DNA of 25,824 nt. Origin: an uncultured Janthinobacterium sp. Lineage in GTDB: Bacteria > Vulcanimicrobiota > Vulcanimicrobiia > Vulcanimicrobiales > Vulcanimicrobiaceae. The notes under the pieces are model-generated. The model did not search any database. It saw only the letters and a list, made by a program, of their open reading frames with translations, and was not told the origin of the DNA. Shown in pieces: positions 7,964 to 16,735 of the stretch. The stretch spans positions 1 through 25,824 of the forward strand of contig CAZZXB010000029.1 in the NCBI GenBank assembly GCA_964658025.1, in the 5' to 3' direction. The translations under genes were made by a program, and so were the position numbers. Position 1 is the first letter of the stretch; every line of letters begins with the position of its first letter.

Positions 7964-9387
7964 GACGCGACCTCCGCGAGCGCACGCTGTCGCGGGAACG
8001 GCGCGAGCGTCTTGATGCGCGACGCGAGCGCGCGCGCGCGTTCCGGCGCGTCGCCGATGTGGTCGGTCGGGTCGAGCAAGGATCGAATCTCCGCAGGGTC
8101 GAGCAAACCCGCGAGCGCGTCGTCGTCGACGAGCAGGCTCGCGAGCGGATTGTCGCCGCCTTGCGCGAGCCGCTCGTACGCCTTCATCGACGCGTCGCGG
8201 ATCGTCTCGTGCAGGGCTTGGCGATCTCCGCCCGCTTTCACCGCCTCCATCATCACGGCCTCGCTTCCGGAGAAGGGACCGTACGTCCGCAGGTTCGACG
8301 CGACGCGACGTTCGTCGACCCGGAGCCCGCGCACGATCTTCGTCGCGAGCGCGAGCAGTTCGTCGGCGCAGAGAAACGCCTCGGGCAGGATCGTACGCCG
8401 GTTCGCGCTGTCGTCGAGCGTCCGCTCGAGCAGGTTCGTCGCGGCGTTCTGCCAGGCGGCATCGGCGTAGCCGACGAGGAGTCGCGCGAGCGAGTCGATC
8501 CGCTCCGACATGACGGGATTGCGTTTGAAGGGCATCGCGGAACTGCCGACCTGCTTCGCGCCGAACGGTTCGAACATCTCGCCGAATCCGGGCGACGAGA
8601 GCACGCGCACGTCGGCCGCGAATTTCGAGAGCGACGCGCCGAGTCCGGCGAGCGCGGAGAGGACGAGATAATCGAGTTTGCGCGGATACGTCTGCGTCGC
8701 GACGTCGCGCGCGCGCAAGCCGAATTCCGCGAGCACGTCGTCTTCTTGGTCGGCGGGCGTCCGTCCGGTGCCGCGCAACAATCCCGCGTACGACGCCGAC
8801 GTGCCGACGGCGCCGCGGATCCCTTTCGCGGTGAGCGCTTCGAACGCGGCGCGCAGTTGCTCGTCGTCGATGACGAGATCCTGCGCGTAGACCGCGAGCC
8901 GATAACCGACCGTCGTCGGCTCGGCGAACTGTAAGTGCGTGTAGCCCATGCACGTCGTGTCGGCGTAGCGTTCGACGCACGCGGCGAACGCGCCGAGGAG
9001 CGCGTGCAGGCTCTCGCCGAGCATCCCGAGCGCGACGCGCATCCGATACGTCTCGACCGTATCCTCGACGTCCATCGACGTCGCACCGAGATGGATCTTG
9101 CCGCCGCCGATCTTCGCCTGCGAGGCGAAGACGCGGATCTCGGCCATCAGATCGTGCCCGATCTCCCGTTCGATCGCGAGCGCCGCCGCGAGATCGATCT
9201 CATCGCGATGCGCGACGAGATCGGCGACCTCTTCGGGACGGACGAGTCCGCTCGTCTGCTGCGACCGCGCGAGCGCGATCCACACCCGACGCCAGAGTCG
9301 GCGCCGTTCGCGCTCGGAAAACAACTCGCGCATCTCGGGGCGACCGTATCGCCACGAAAATGGCGACGCGTAGGTCGTTTCGTCCAT
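7960..9387 (-). CDS. purB: Adenylosuccinate lyase
   Basis: Fumarase-superfamily signature GSSAMPFKRNP, plus HDLMA, HLGATS, GYTHLQ and ERTLDDSA; located in the pur cluster. Confidence 0.97.
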   Translation of the reverse strand: MDETTYASPFSWRYGRPEMRELFSERERRRLWRRVWIALARSQQTSGLVRPEEVADLVAHRDEIDLAAALAIEREIGHDLMAEIRVFASQAKIGGGKIHLGATSMDVEDTVETYRMRVALGMLGESLHALLGAFAACVERYADTTCMGYTHLQFAEPTTVGYRLAVYAQDLVIDDEQLRAAFEALTAKGIRGAVGTSASYAGLLRGTGRTPADQEDDVLAEFGLRARDVATQTYPRKLDYLVLSALAGLGASLSKFAADVRVLSSPGFGEMFEPFGAKQVGSSAMPFKRNPVMSERIDSLARLLVGYADAAWQNAATNLLERTLDDSANRRTILPEAFLCADELLALATKIVRGLRVDERRVASNLRTYGPFSGSEAVMMEAVKAGGDRQALHETIRDASMKAYERLAQGGDNPLASLLVDDDALAGLLDPAEIRSLLDPTDHIGDAPERARALASRIKTLAPFPRQRALAEVAS

Positions 9388-9399
9388 CGAGCGTGCGAT

Positions 9400-9426
9400 T
9401 TCGTGGGGCGTCCGAACGCGCCCTCG
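9400..9426 (-). promoter_or_regulatory. Putative alternative-sigma promoter CGAGG-N18-CGAA upstream of purB
   Basis: The minus strand reads CGAGG gcgcgttcggacgcccca CGAA, ending 12 nt before the purB ATG. The same motif and spacing occur upstream of mtnA. Confidence 0.3.
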
Positions 9427-9459
9427 CCCGATGCGGCGACGACCGCGCGCCCGGTGCCG

Positions 9460-10431
9460 CTAAAACGCGAGACCCTCGGCGTAGACGTAGTCGACCTCGA
9501 ACGTGCTACCGGTCGCGCCGGACGGAATCGCACCGCCGAGCGCGTTCCGTTCGTCGACGACGAGATACAGGGTCGCCGCGTTTCCGAAAGTCGGAGCGGG
9601 CGTGCTCGTCGTGCCGACCGTCACGGTGCCGGGGAGCGCGGTCGAGCCGGGCGTGAAGACGCCGGTCGCCCCCGGGTACACGCCGTTCGCGATCGTCGGC
9701 CCGACGTACGTCGAACTCGCCGCGAACGTCGTCGCCGAGAGTTTCGTCGCGTACGTTCCCGAGACGGCGCCGTACGACGGAAGCGCGCAGATCTCGCGCA
9801 CGAACGAGGTCGCGCCGATGCTCGCGCCCGTCGCGCTCGGAGCCTGGAGATCGCTCGGCGTGCATTCGATCCGAACGTCGAAGAGCGACGGGCCCGAACC
9901 GCCGGTGATCTCGACGTCGTAGCTCGCGGCGGCCGTCGATTGCGCGAGCGTCGCGCTCGCGAAGAAGACGATCGCCGTGTAGACGGTCGGCGACGTTTGC
10001 GCGACGCCCGGCGCGACCGCTAACGCGACGGGCGTGACGCTCGTCGCCGATCCGAACTGGAAGATCTGTTGCGAGAGACCGTTTCCGCGAAAGGCGAGCA
10101 GGTGCGTCCCGACGGGGTTCGCGGGGACCGCGTACGGCGGCGGTGACGCCGAACCCGTCGCGGCCACGCCGTCGAACAGCGAATCGGAACCGGCGTTATC
10201 GGTCGTTTCGGATTCGGTCGACGCGACGTTCGTGCCGGTGTAGGCGTTCGGCGACGTCCCGCCGTCGATGAGGATCGCCGGAAGGCTCGATTGCGCCGGA
10301 GCTTGCGACGTCACGGGAGACGTCCCGCCGCCCGATGCCGGCATCGCCGATCCGCCGCCGGAGGCGCACGACCCGAGCGACGCCGACGCGATCGCCGCGA
10401 GTAACGAACCGAAGACGATCTCCGAACGCAT
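9460..10431 (-). CDS. Hypothetical lipoprotein, Ser/Thr/Gly/Ala-rich
   Basis: ATG 10431 with GGAG 6 nt upstream. MRSEIVFGSLLAAIASASLGSC is a signal peptide with a lipobox-like LGS-C, followed by a Gly/Ser/Pro linker and a beta-rich body. Confidence 0.75.
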   Translation of the reverse strand: MRSEIVFGSLLAAIASASLGSCASGGGSAMPASGGGTSPVTSQAPAQSSLPAILIDGGTSPNAYTGTNVASTESETTDNAGSDSLFDGVAATGSASPPPYAVPANPVGTHLLAFRGNGLSQQIFQFGSATSVTPVALAVAPGVAQTSPTVYTAIVFFASATLAQSTAAASYDVEITGGSGPSLFDVRIECTPSDLQAPSATGASIGATSFVREICALPSYGAVSGTYATKLSATTFAASSTYVGPTIANGVYPGATGVFTPGSTALPGTVTVGTTSTPAPTFGNAATLYLVVDERNALGGAIPSGATGSTFEVDYVYAEGLAF

Positions 10432-10509
10432 ACGAATCTCCCGTAAGGCAAAATGCCGGACGCAACCCCCGCGACCTTGCCTCACCGAGCGGAGCGCTCC
10501 TGGTAGCGA

Positions 10510-10524
10510 TTAAGCCTTGCTTAA
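10510..10524. repeat. AT-rich palindrome TTAAGC-CTT-GCTTAA
   Basis: Perfect 6-bp arms with a 3-nt spacer, overlapping the holA stop, about 80 nt upstream of the lipoprotein start. Confidence 0.4.
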
Positions 10525-11504
10525 GAGACGGAACGTGCGCCGCGCACGCGCGCCGCGGCCGCCGTCGCGACGTCCACGACGACGCGCGGATCGTCCGCGC
10601 GTCCGGTCACGACCGCTTCAAATCCGCGGATCGCGCGTTCGAATCCGGCGCGCGCGCGACGCTCGCCGATCGCACGGGCGACGGCGACGAGATCGCGCTC
10701 GCGCCAGCGCGCCTTCGCCGGGAGCGAGCCGCCGGGACGCGCGGCCTCCCACACGAGTTGGTATTCGGCGGCGAGCGCCGCGAGGAGGGGCACGGCCGCG
10801 CCGCGATCGGTCGCGAAGAGTTCGTGCGCGATCGCGAGCGCTTCGGGCGCGCGACCGGCGACGGCCGCGCTCGCGTACTTATAGGCACGCATCTCGGCCG
10901 TCACGAGCGTCTCGCGCTCGACGTCTTCGAGCGTTATCGTCTTGCCGCCGAGTGCGAGCTTGTCGAGATCGGTGCGCAGGCCCGCGAGATCGCCGTCGAC
11001 GAGCGCGAGTTGCGCGAGCGCGCTCGGTTCGGCGCTCGCGCCGAGCGTCTCCAACGTCTCGCGCATGAAGCGGTGGCGTACGTCCGCGCTCGGCGTCGTA
11101 TCGATGCGCGTCGCCGCGCGCCCGAGGAGTTTCGCGATCGGCTCGGGGCGCTTGCTCGTCGGCGCGACGAGATCTTCGATCACGAGGACGTTCCCGTCGG
11201 GGACGCGTTCGGCGACGGCGACGAGCGCGCGCCGCGGATCGGCGCGCAGGTCGTGCGCGCCGCGGACGATCGCGACGCGGCGCGTTCCGAGAAACGGAAA
11301 CGCCTGCGTCGCCGCTTCGACGACGGAGAACGAGGCGACCTCGGTCGCGACGAACCGGTCGACGTTGAGATCGCGCTCCGCTTCGGGGACGAGGCGCTCG
11401 ACGAGGAGCGCGAGCGTTCGCTCCGCGAGCAATCGCTCCACGCCTTCGATCACGACGACCTTCGCGAGCTTCGGCGCCTTGTCGACGAACTCGTAATACT
11501 TCAT
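10521..11504 (-). CDS. holA: DNA polymerase III delta subunit
   Basis: 327 aa with the typical layout: VVVIEGVERLL, LNVDRF, FPFLGTRRVAIV, DLAGLRTDLDKL, ITLEDVE. Confidence 0.85.
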   Translation of the reverse strand: MKYYEFVDKAPKLAKVVVIEGVERLLAERTLALLVERLVPEAERDLNVDRFVATEVASFSVVEAATQAFPFLGTRRVAIVRGAHDLRADPRRALVAVAERVPDGNVLVIEDLVAPTSKRPEPIAKLLGRAATRIDTTPSADVRHRFMRETLETLGASAEPSALAQLALVDGDLAGLRTDLDKLALGGKTITLEDVERETLVTAEMRAYKYASAAVAGRAPEALAIAHELFATDRGAAVPLLAALAAEYQLVWEAARPGGSLPAKARWRERDLVAVARAIGERRARAGFERAIRGFEAVVTGRADDPRVVVDVATAAAARVRGARSVS

Positions 11505-12514
11505 GCCCGAACCATCGCGAACGCGGGACGCGTCGCGAGATCGGGGATCGAGTCGTCGAACGGCGGTCGCGCGACGCCGTACTCCGTCACGATCCCGGCG
11601 ATCAGTCGGCCGGGCGTCACGTCGAAGGCCGGATTGAACGCCCGGACGTCGTGCGGCGCGGTCGCGACGCCGCCGAACGAACGGACCTCCGATGCCGACC
11701 GCTCCTCGATCACGATCCCCGAACCGTCGCGGAGCGAGAAGTCGATCGTCGACCGCGGCGCCGCGACGTAGAACGGAATGCGATGGTACGCCGCCGCGAG
11801 CGCGACGCCGAACGTGCCGATCTTATTGGCGGTATCGCCGTTGCGCGCGATGCGATCCGCACCGACGACGATGGCCCGCACGTCGCGCAGCGCCATCGTC
11901 GCCGCCGCGGCGCCGTCGACGATGAGCGTCGCCGGGACGCCCGCGCGTTCGAGTTCGTACGTCGTGAGGCGCGAGCCCTGGAGCAACGGACGCGTCTCGT
12001 CCACGTAGACGTGAAGCCTTTTGCCCGCGCGGTGCGCCGCGACGATCACGCCGAGCGCCGTCCCCAACCCGCCCGTCGCGAGCGGCCCCGTGTTGCAGTG
12101 CGTCAACACGGCGCCCTCGTCCGGCATCAAGGCGGCGCCGTGACGGCCGATCGCTTCGTCGACGGCGCGTTGTTCCGCGTGGATCGCGCGCGCCTCTTCG
12201 AGCGTCGCGCCGCCCGCGAGCATGCGGTCGACCGCCCACGCGAGATTCACCGCGGTCGGTCGCGCCTCGCGGATCCGCGAGGCCGCATCGGCGAAGACCG
12301 CGTCGCTCGTCGCGATGCGACGCGCGAGCGCCACGCCGTACGCTCCGAACACGCCGATCGCCGGAGCGCCGCGAACGGCGAGCGTCGCGATCGCATCGAC
12401 GACCGCCGCGACGTCGCGCGCGCGTTCGCGGCGCAGGTCGTGCGGGAGGGCGCGCTGGTCGACGTACCCGACCGTCCCCGCTTCGTCGTCCCACCACACC
12501 GGCTCGAAATCCAT
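11501..12514 (-). CDS. mtnA: S-methyl-5-thioribose-1-phosphate isomerase
   Basis: DQRALP, VRGAPAIG, RPTAVNL, LTHCNTGPLAT, DETRPLLQGSRLT, GADRIARNGDTANKIGT and NPAFDVTP motifs. Confidence 0.96.
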   Translation of the reverse strand: MDFEPVWWDDEAGTVGYVDQRALPHDLRRERARDVAAVVDAIATLAVRGAPAIGVFGAYGVALARRIATSDAVFADAASRIREARPTAVNLAWAVDRMLAGGATLEEARAIHAEQRAVDEAIGRHGAALMPDEGAVLTHCNTGPLATGGLGTALGVIVAAHRAGKRLHVYVDETRPLLQGSRLTTYELERAGVPATLIVDGAAAATMALRDVRAIVVGADRIARNGDTANKIGTFGVALAAAYHRIPFYVAAPRSTIDFSLRDGSGIVIEERSASEVRSFGGVATAPHDVRAFNPAFDVTPGRLIAGIVTEYGVARPPFDDSIPDLATRPAFAMVRA

Positions 12515-12520
12515 GCGCTC

Positions 12521-12555
12521 CGATTCGAGTCCTCGGCTTATGGAGCCTCGAATCG
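12521..12555 (-). promoter_or_regulatory. Inverted repeat CGATTCGAG-N17-CTCGAATCG overlapping a putative CGAGG-N18-CGAA promoter and abutting the mtnA Shine-Dalgarno
   Basis: Perfect 9-bp arms at 12521-12529 and 12547-12555; SD GGAG at 12521-12518. Confidence 0.4.
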
Positions 12556-12718
12556 TCTCGCGCGGGATCCACCAACGGTTCGCCGTCGCGATACGTTAGC
12601 GTGGCAGAAAGCATTTTCCACGAACGCCGCGAGCAGAGGATAAATTCCTCGACGACACGGAAAACGATTCGCCGTATCATCGCACCCGCGACAACGCTAA
12701 CGCGTCGGAGAACTTGCT

Positions 12719-14011
12719 TTGAACCTCGACGACTCCACGAACGAACGCACGATGACGCGCGGCGGCATGCTGCGCGGGATGGCGGCGGCCGCGGCCGTTG
12801 CGGGTACGGCCCCGCTTCTCGGCGCCGCGCCGAGCGGTCCGCTCGCGGAGATCGCCCGACTCCTCAAAGTCGAACCGAAGTATGCGGGCAAGGGCCTGAA
12901 CATCGATCTCGGCGGCGTCTTCCCGCTCACGGGTCAGGGCGCGATCTTCGGGAACAAATTTCAAGACGTGCCGAACCTCGCGTTCAAGCACATCGCGGCG
13001 ATGGGCGGCCCGACGTTCAATCTCGTGATGAAAGACAACAAGTCGGGCGATCCGCAGGCGGGCGTCGATGCGGTGCGCGAGCTCGGTTCGGCGCACGTCG
13101 GCATGGAGCTCTCGTCGTTCGCGGGCGATCTCGGCGCGATGATCCCCGGCATCAAACAGTACAAGATCCTCAGCCTCGACGGATCGGGCGGCACGTCCGT
13201 CTTCGCGCAGAACAAACCGTACTATTACGGTTCGATCGCGATCACGCCGAACGACGCGATCCCGGGTCTCATCAAATACCTCAAGACGAAGATGCCGACC
13301 GCGAAACGGATCGCGTTCGTCGGCTGGGATCTCGGATCGCTCAGCGATCAGGTCGCGAAGAGCATGACGAAATATCTGCAGGCCGGAACGACGCTCGTCG
13401 CGGACGAGCGCACCGCCGTCGGCGAGACCGACTACGGCGCCTCGCTGCAAAAAGTCAAAGCCGCGAGTCCCGACATCGTCTTCCTCGCGGTTTATACGGA
13501 AGACGTCGGTTACTTCATGAAGCAGTACGTCACGTCGGGGATTAACAAACCCGTCGTCGCCTTCACGCACACCGACGCCGCGCTCAAGATCGCCGGTCCG
13601 GCGTACGACGGACTCTACTTCTCCTTCGATTACTTCGATGCCGAACGACCGCGCAATCCGTGGGCGAAGTATTTCGTCGAAGAATTCAAGTCGATCGAGA
13701 GCGGGACGCTCCCGGATTACTACAGCGCGAACACCTACGAGGACGTCTTCACGTTCTGGCAGTGCGTCATGCGGACGCTCAAGGCCGGCGGGAATCCCAA
13801 GGACGGCACGGCGCTCGACAAGGCGCTCCGCTCCGATCCCGCCTTCCCGAGCATCTACGGCGGGAGCGATACCGCGGCCGGTACGATCGCGTTCGATCTC
13901 CAAACCCACTCGGTGAAATCGCGCCCGATGGCGGTGTTGCAGTACAAGTCGGGCAAAGTGAATCCGCTCGCGTATTTCAACATTGGGGGCGACGGCTTCC
14001 GGCTCGCGTAA
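12719..14011 (+). CDS. HAAT/LivK-type ABC transporter substrate-binding protein
   Basis: LGGVFPLTGQGAIFG, DNKSGDP and TDYGASLQKVKAASPDIVFL are typical of the Leu/Ile/Val-binding family. Tat-like N-terminus; TTG start with GGAG upstream; followed by permease and ATPase genes. Confidence 0.9.
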   Translation: MNLDDSTNERTMTRGGMLRGMAAAAAVAGTAPLLGAAPSGPLAEIARLLKVEPKYAGKGLNIDLGGVFPLTGQGAIFGNKFQDVPNLAFKHIAAMGGPTFNLVMKDNKSGDPQAGVDAVRELGSAHVGMELSSFAGDLGAMIPGIKQYKILSLDGSGGTSVFAQNKPYYYGSIAITPNDAIPGLIKYLKTKMPTAKRIAFVGWDLGSLSDQVAKSMTKYLQAGTTLVADERTAVGETDYGASLQKVKAASPDIVFLAVYTEDVGYFMKQYVTSGINKPVVAFTHTDAALKIAGPAYDGLYFSFDYFDAERPRNPWAKYFVEEFKSIESGTLPDYYSANTYEDVFTFWQCVMRTLKAGGNPKDGTALDKALRSDPAFPSIYGGSDTAAGTIAFDLQTHSVKSRPMAVLQYKSGKVNPLAYFNIGGDGFRLA

Positions 14012-14020
14012 GGGTCGGTC

Positions 14021-14968
14021 ATGAGCGACATCAGCCTCGCGAACATCCTGCAGCTCACCGCGAACGGACTCGCGGCGGGGAGCGCGTACGCGCTCCTCGG
14101 CGTCGCGTTCAGTTTGATCCTCGGCGTCAGCGGCCGCTTTCACGTGGCGTTCACGGTGAGTTACACGCTCGCCGCGTTCGTCGCCGCGTGGGCGGGCGCG
14201 ACCCCGGGACCGGGACTCTCGTTCTGGAGCGCGCTCGGACTCGGTGCGGTCGCGGCGGCGGCGGCGGGCGTCGCGATCGAACGACTCGTCTATCTCCCGC
14301 TCTCGCTCACGGGCGCGCGCGTGGGGACGAACGTCTTTCTCATGGTGTTCGTGGCCTCGCTCGGCGTCTCGATCGCCGGGCGCAACCTCCTCGCGCTCAC
14401 GGCGTTGCAGAATCCGAGCATCCTGATCTCGGGCTTCAATAACGTCGGCGTCGACGTGGGTCCGACGACGATCACGACGCTCAATATCGCGATGGTCGTC
14501 ACGTCGTGGGCGCTCATCGGTCTGCTGGCGCTCGTGCTCTCGCGCACGACGCTCGGACGGATGATCCGCGCGGTCCGCGCGAACCCGCAGATGAGCCTCT
14601 GCGTCGGGATCAATCCGCGCGCGATCTATCTCGTCGTGTTCGCGATCGGCTCGTTTCTCGGCGGCGTCGGCGCGGTGTTCCAAGCGACGTCGACCTCGGC
14701 GACGCCCGACATGGGACTCGTCCCGCTCTTCTACGCGCTCGTCGTGGCCTTCGTCGCGGGACTCTCGTCGCCGCCGCTCGTCGTCGGACTCGTCGGTCTC
14801 GGCGTCGGGCTCGTGGAGAGTTACAGTTCGCTCTTCCTTCCGACGCAGTGGACGACGCTCGTCGTGTTCGGCATCCTGTTCGTGTACGTCGCGTGTCGGC
14901 CGCTCGTCGAGAACGGCGCGTTCGCGCGTCGCGCACCGAAGCCCGCGCGCGCGAAGGCCGAGGCGTAA
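14021..14968 (+). CDS. livH: Branched-chain amino acid-type ABC permease (LivH-like)
   Basis: NGLAAGSAYALLGVAFSLI and TTLGRMIRAVRANPQMSLCVGIN; multiple hydrophobic segments. Confidence 0.88.
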   Translation: MSDISLANILQLTANGLAAGSAYALLGVAFSLILGVSGRFHVAFTVSYTLAAFVAAWAGATPGPGLSFWSALGLGAVAAAAAGVAIERLVYLPLSLTGARVGTNVFLMVFVASLGVSIAGRNLLALTALQNPSILISGFNNVGVDVGPTTITTLNIAMVVTSWALIGLLALVLSRTTLGRMIRAVRANPQMSLCVGINPRAIYLVVFAIGSFLGGVGAVFQATSTSATPDMGLVPLFYALVVAFVAGLSSPPLVVGLVGLGVGLVESYSSLFLPTQWTTLVVFGILFVYVACRPLVENGAFARRAPKPARAKAEA

Positions 14969-16735
14969 GTGGAACTCGCGTTCGGATACGTCGACCAGAT
15001 CGTCATCTTCATCATCTTCGCGCTCTCGCTCAATCTCTTACTCGGCTATGCCGGCCAGATCTCGGTCGCGCACGCCGCGTTCGGTGCGATCGGCGGCTAC
15101 ACGCTCGGATACCTCACGCTCAACGGTCACGCGCCGACGATCGCGTGCGTCGCGCTCGGAACGGCGTTCGCCGGGCTCGCGGGGATCCTCGTCGGCATCC
15201 CGGCGCTCCGGCTCAAAACGGAGTGGCTGATCTTACTGACGCTCTCGGTGCAGATCATCGTGTTACTGCTCGTCGTCACGTCGCATCCGCTCGGCGGGAG
15301 TTACGGCCTGCAGGGCATCACCGATCTCACGCTCTTCGGTCACGATCTCGCGGTGCCGAGCCAGATGTTCGTGCCGTTTCTCGTCTGCGCGATCGTCGTG
15401 TACGCGATCTGCTGGCGGATGGGCGAATCGCCGTACGGTCGCGTCCTACGCGGTATCCGCGAGGACGAGATCGCGTGCCGCTCGCTCGGCAAGGGCGTCT
15501 TCGTCTACAAACTCGCCGTGTTCGGCGTGAGCGCCGCGATGGCCGGACTCGCGGGTTCGCTGCTCGTCATCGAAGCCTCGATCGCCTCGCCCAAACAGTT
15601 CACCTTCGATCAATCCGCGGCGATCATCGCGATGGTCGTCGTCGGCGGATCGGGGAGTCTGCCGGGCTCGATCGTCGGCGTGATCGCGCTCTCGCTGCTC
15701 GCGCCGATCCTCGAACACGTCCTCAACTTCAGCGCGAACGCGGCGTTCGTGTGGCGTCTCGTCGCCTACGGCGCCGCGCTCGTGGCGGTCGTCATGATCA
15801 AACCCGCGGGTCTGCTCCCCGACGCGACGACGCGCCGGTTGCAGAAGTCGCTACGCACGCTCAAGAACGCGCCGGACGCCTCCGTTCCGGTACCCGTTCC
15901 CGACGCTTCGACGAACGGGAGCACCTCGCTCGAGCACGCGCGCGCGATCGCGCCCGACGCCGCGCCGCCGCGGGGCGAGGTCGTCCTCGAAGTCGCGGGG
16001 CTCGGCAAACGTTTCGGCGGCATCACGGCCGCCGAGGACCTGACGATGCAGTTGCGCTCGCATTCGATCACCGCGCTCGTCGGCCCCAACGGCGCGGGAA
16101 AGACGACCGTGTTCAACCTGCTCACGGGCGCGATCCGCCCCGATTCGGGATCGGTGAAACTGCACGGTGCGGAGATCACGGGGCTCACGCCCGACGCCGT
16201 GACGCGTCGCGGCATGGTGCGCTCGTTTCAGAACGTCCGCATCTTCCCGCGACTCTCGGCGCTCGACAACGTGATCCTCGGTATCCAAAATCAGCCGGGC
16301 GAACGACTCGTGCCGTTACTGGTCCGACCGATCACCGTCTCCAAAGCCGAACGCGCCGCGAAGGAGCGCGCGCACGAGTGGCTGTCGTTCGTCGGCATGG
16401 ACGCGCAGGCCGACGTCCCCGCGGGCGCGCTCGGCTTCGGGCAACAAAAGCTCGTCGCGCTCGCGCGCGTGCTCGCGACCGAGGCCGACGTCGTCCTGCT
16501 CGACGAGCCGGCGTCGGGGATCGATCTCGCGTGGGTCGACGCGATGCTCCATCTCATCGAGACGGTACGCGCGCAGGGCCGCACGGTCTGCATCGTGGAG
16601 CACAACCTCCACGTCGTCGAGCGTCTCGCCGACTACACGTACTTCATGGAACTCGGACGGATCACGGCGCAGGGGAATTTCAACGAACTCACCTCCGACC
16701 GTCGTCTCGCGGAGGCTTACTTTGGAACAACCTAG
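14969..16735 (+). CDS. Fused LivM-like permease and LivG-like ATPase
   Basis: N-terminal LNLLLGYAGQISVAHAAF and SPYGRVLRGIREDE; Pro/Ala linker; C-terminal GPNGAGKTT (Walker A), LLDEPASG (Walker B) and VEHN. Confidence 0.92.
   Translation: MELAFGYVDQIVIFIIFALSLNLLLGYAGQISVAHAAFGAIGGYTLGYLTLNGHAPTIACVALGTAFAGLAGILVGIPALRLKTEWLILLTLSVQIIVLLLVVTSHPLGGSYGLQGITDLTLFGHDLAVPSQMFVPFLVCAIVVYAICWRMGESPYGRVLRGIREDEIACRSLGKGVFVYKLAVFGVSAAMAGLAGSLLVIEASIASPKQFTFDQSAAIIAMVVVGGSGSLPGSIVGVIALSLLAPILEHVLNFSANAAFVWRLVAYGAALVAVVMIKPAGLLPDATTRRLQKSLRTLKNAPDASVPVPVPDASTNGSTSLEHARAIAPDAAPPRGEVVLEVAGLGKRFGGITAAEDLTMQLRSHSITALVGPNGAGKTTVFNLLTGAIRPDSGSVKLHGAEITGLTPDAVTRRGMVRSFQNVRIFPRLSALDNVILGIQNQPGERLVPLLVRPITVSKAERAAKERAHEWLSFVGMDAQADVPAGALGFGQQKLVALARVLATEADVVLLDEPASGIDLAWVDAMLHLIETVRAQGRTVCIVEHNLHVVERLADYTYFMELGRITAQGNFNELTSDRRLAEAYFGTT

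Noticed and set aside
10630..10655. GTTCGAATCC, resembling a tRNA T-loop
   Set aside because: It lies within holA coding sequence, with no cloverleaf or acceptor stem around it.
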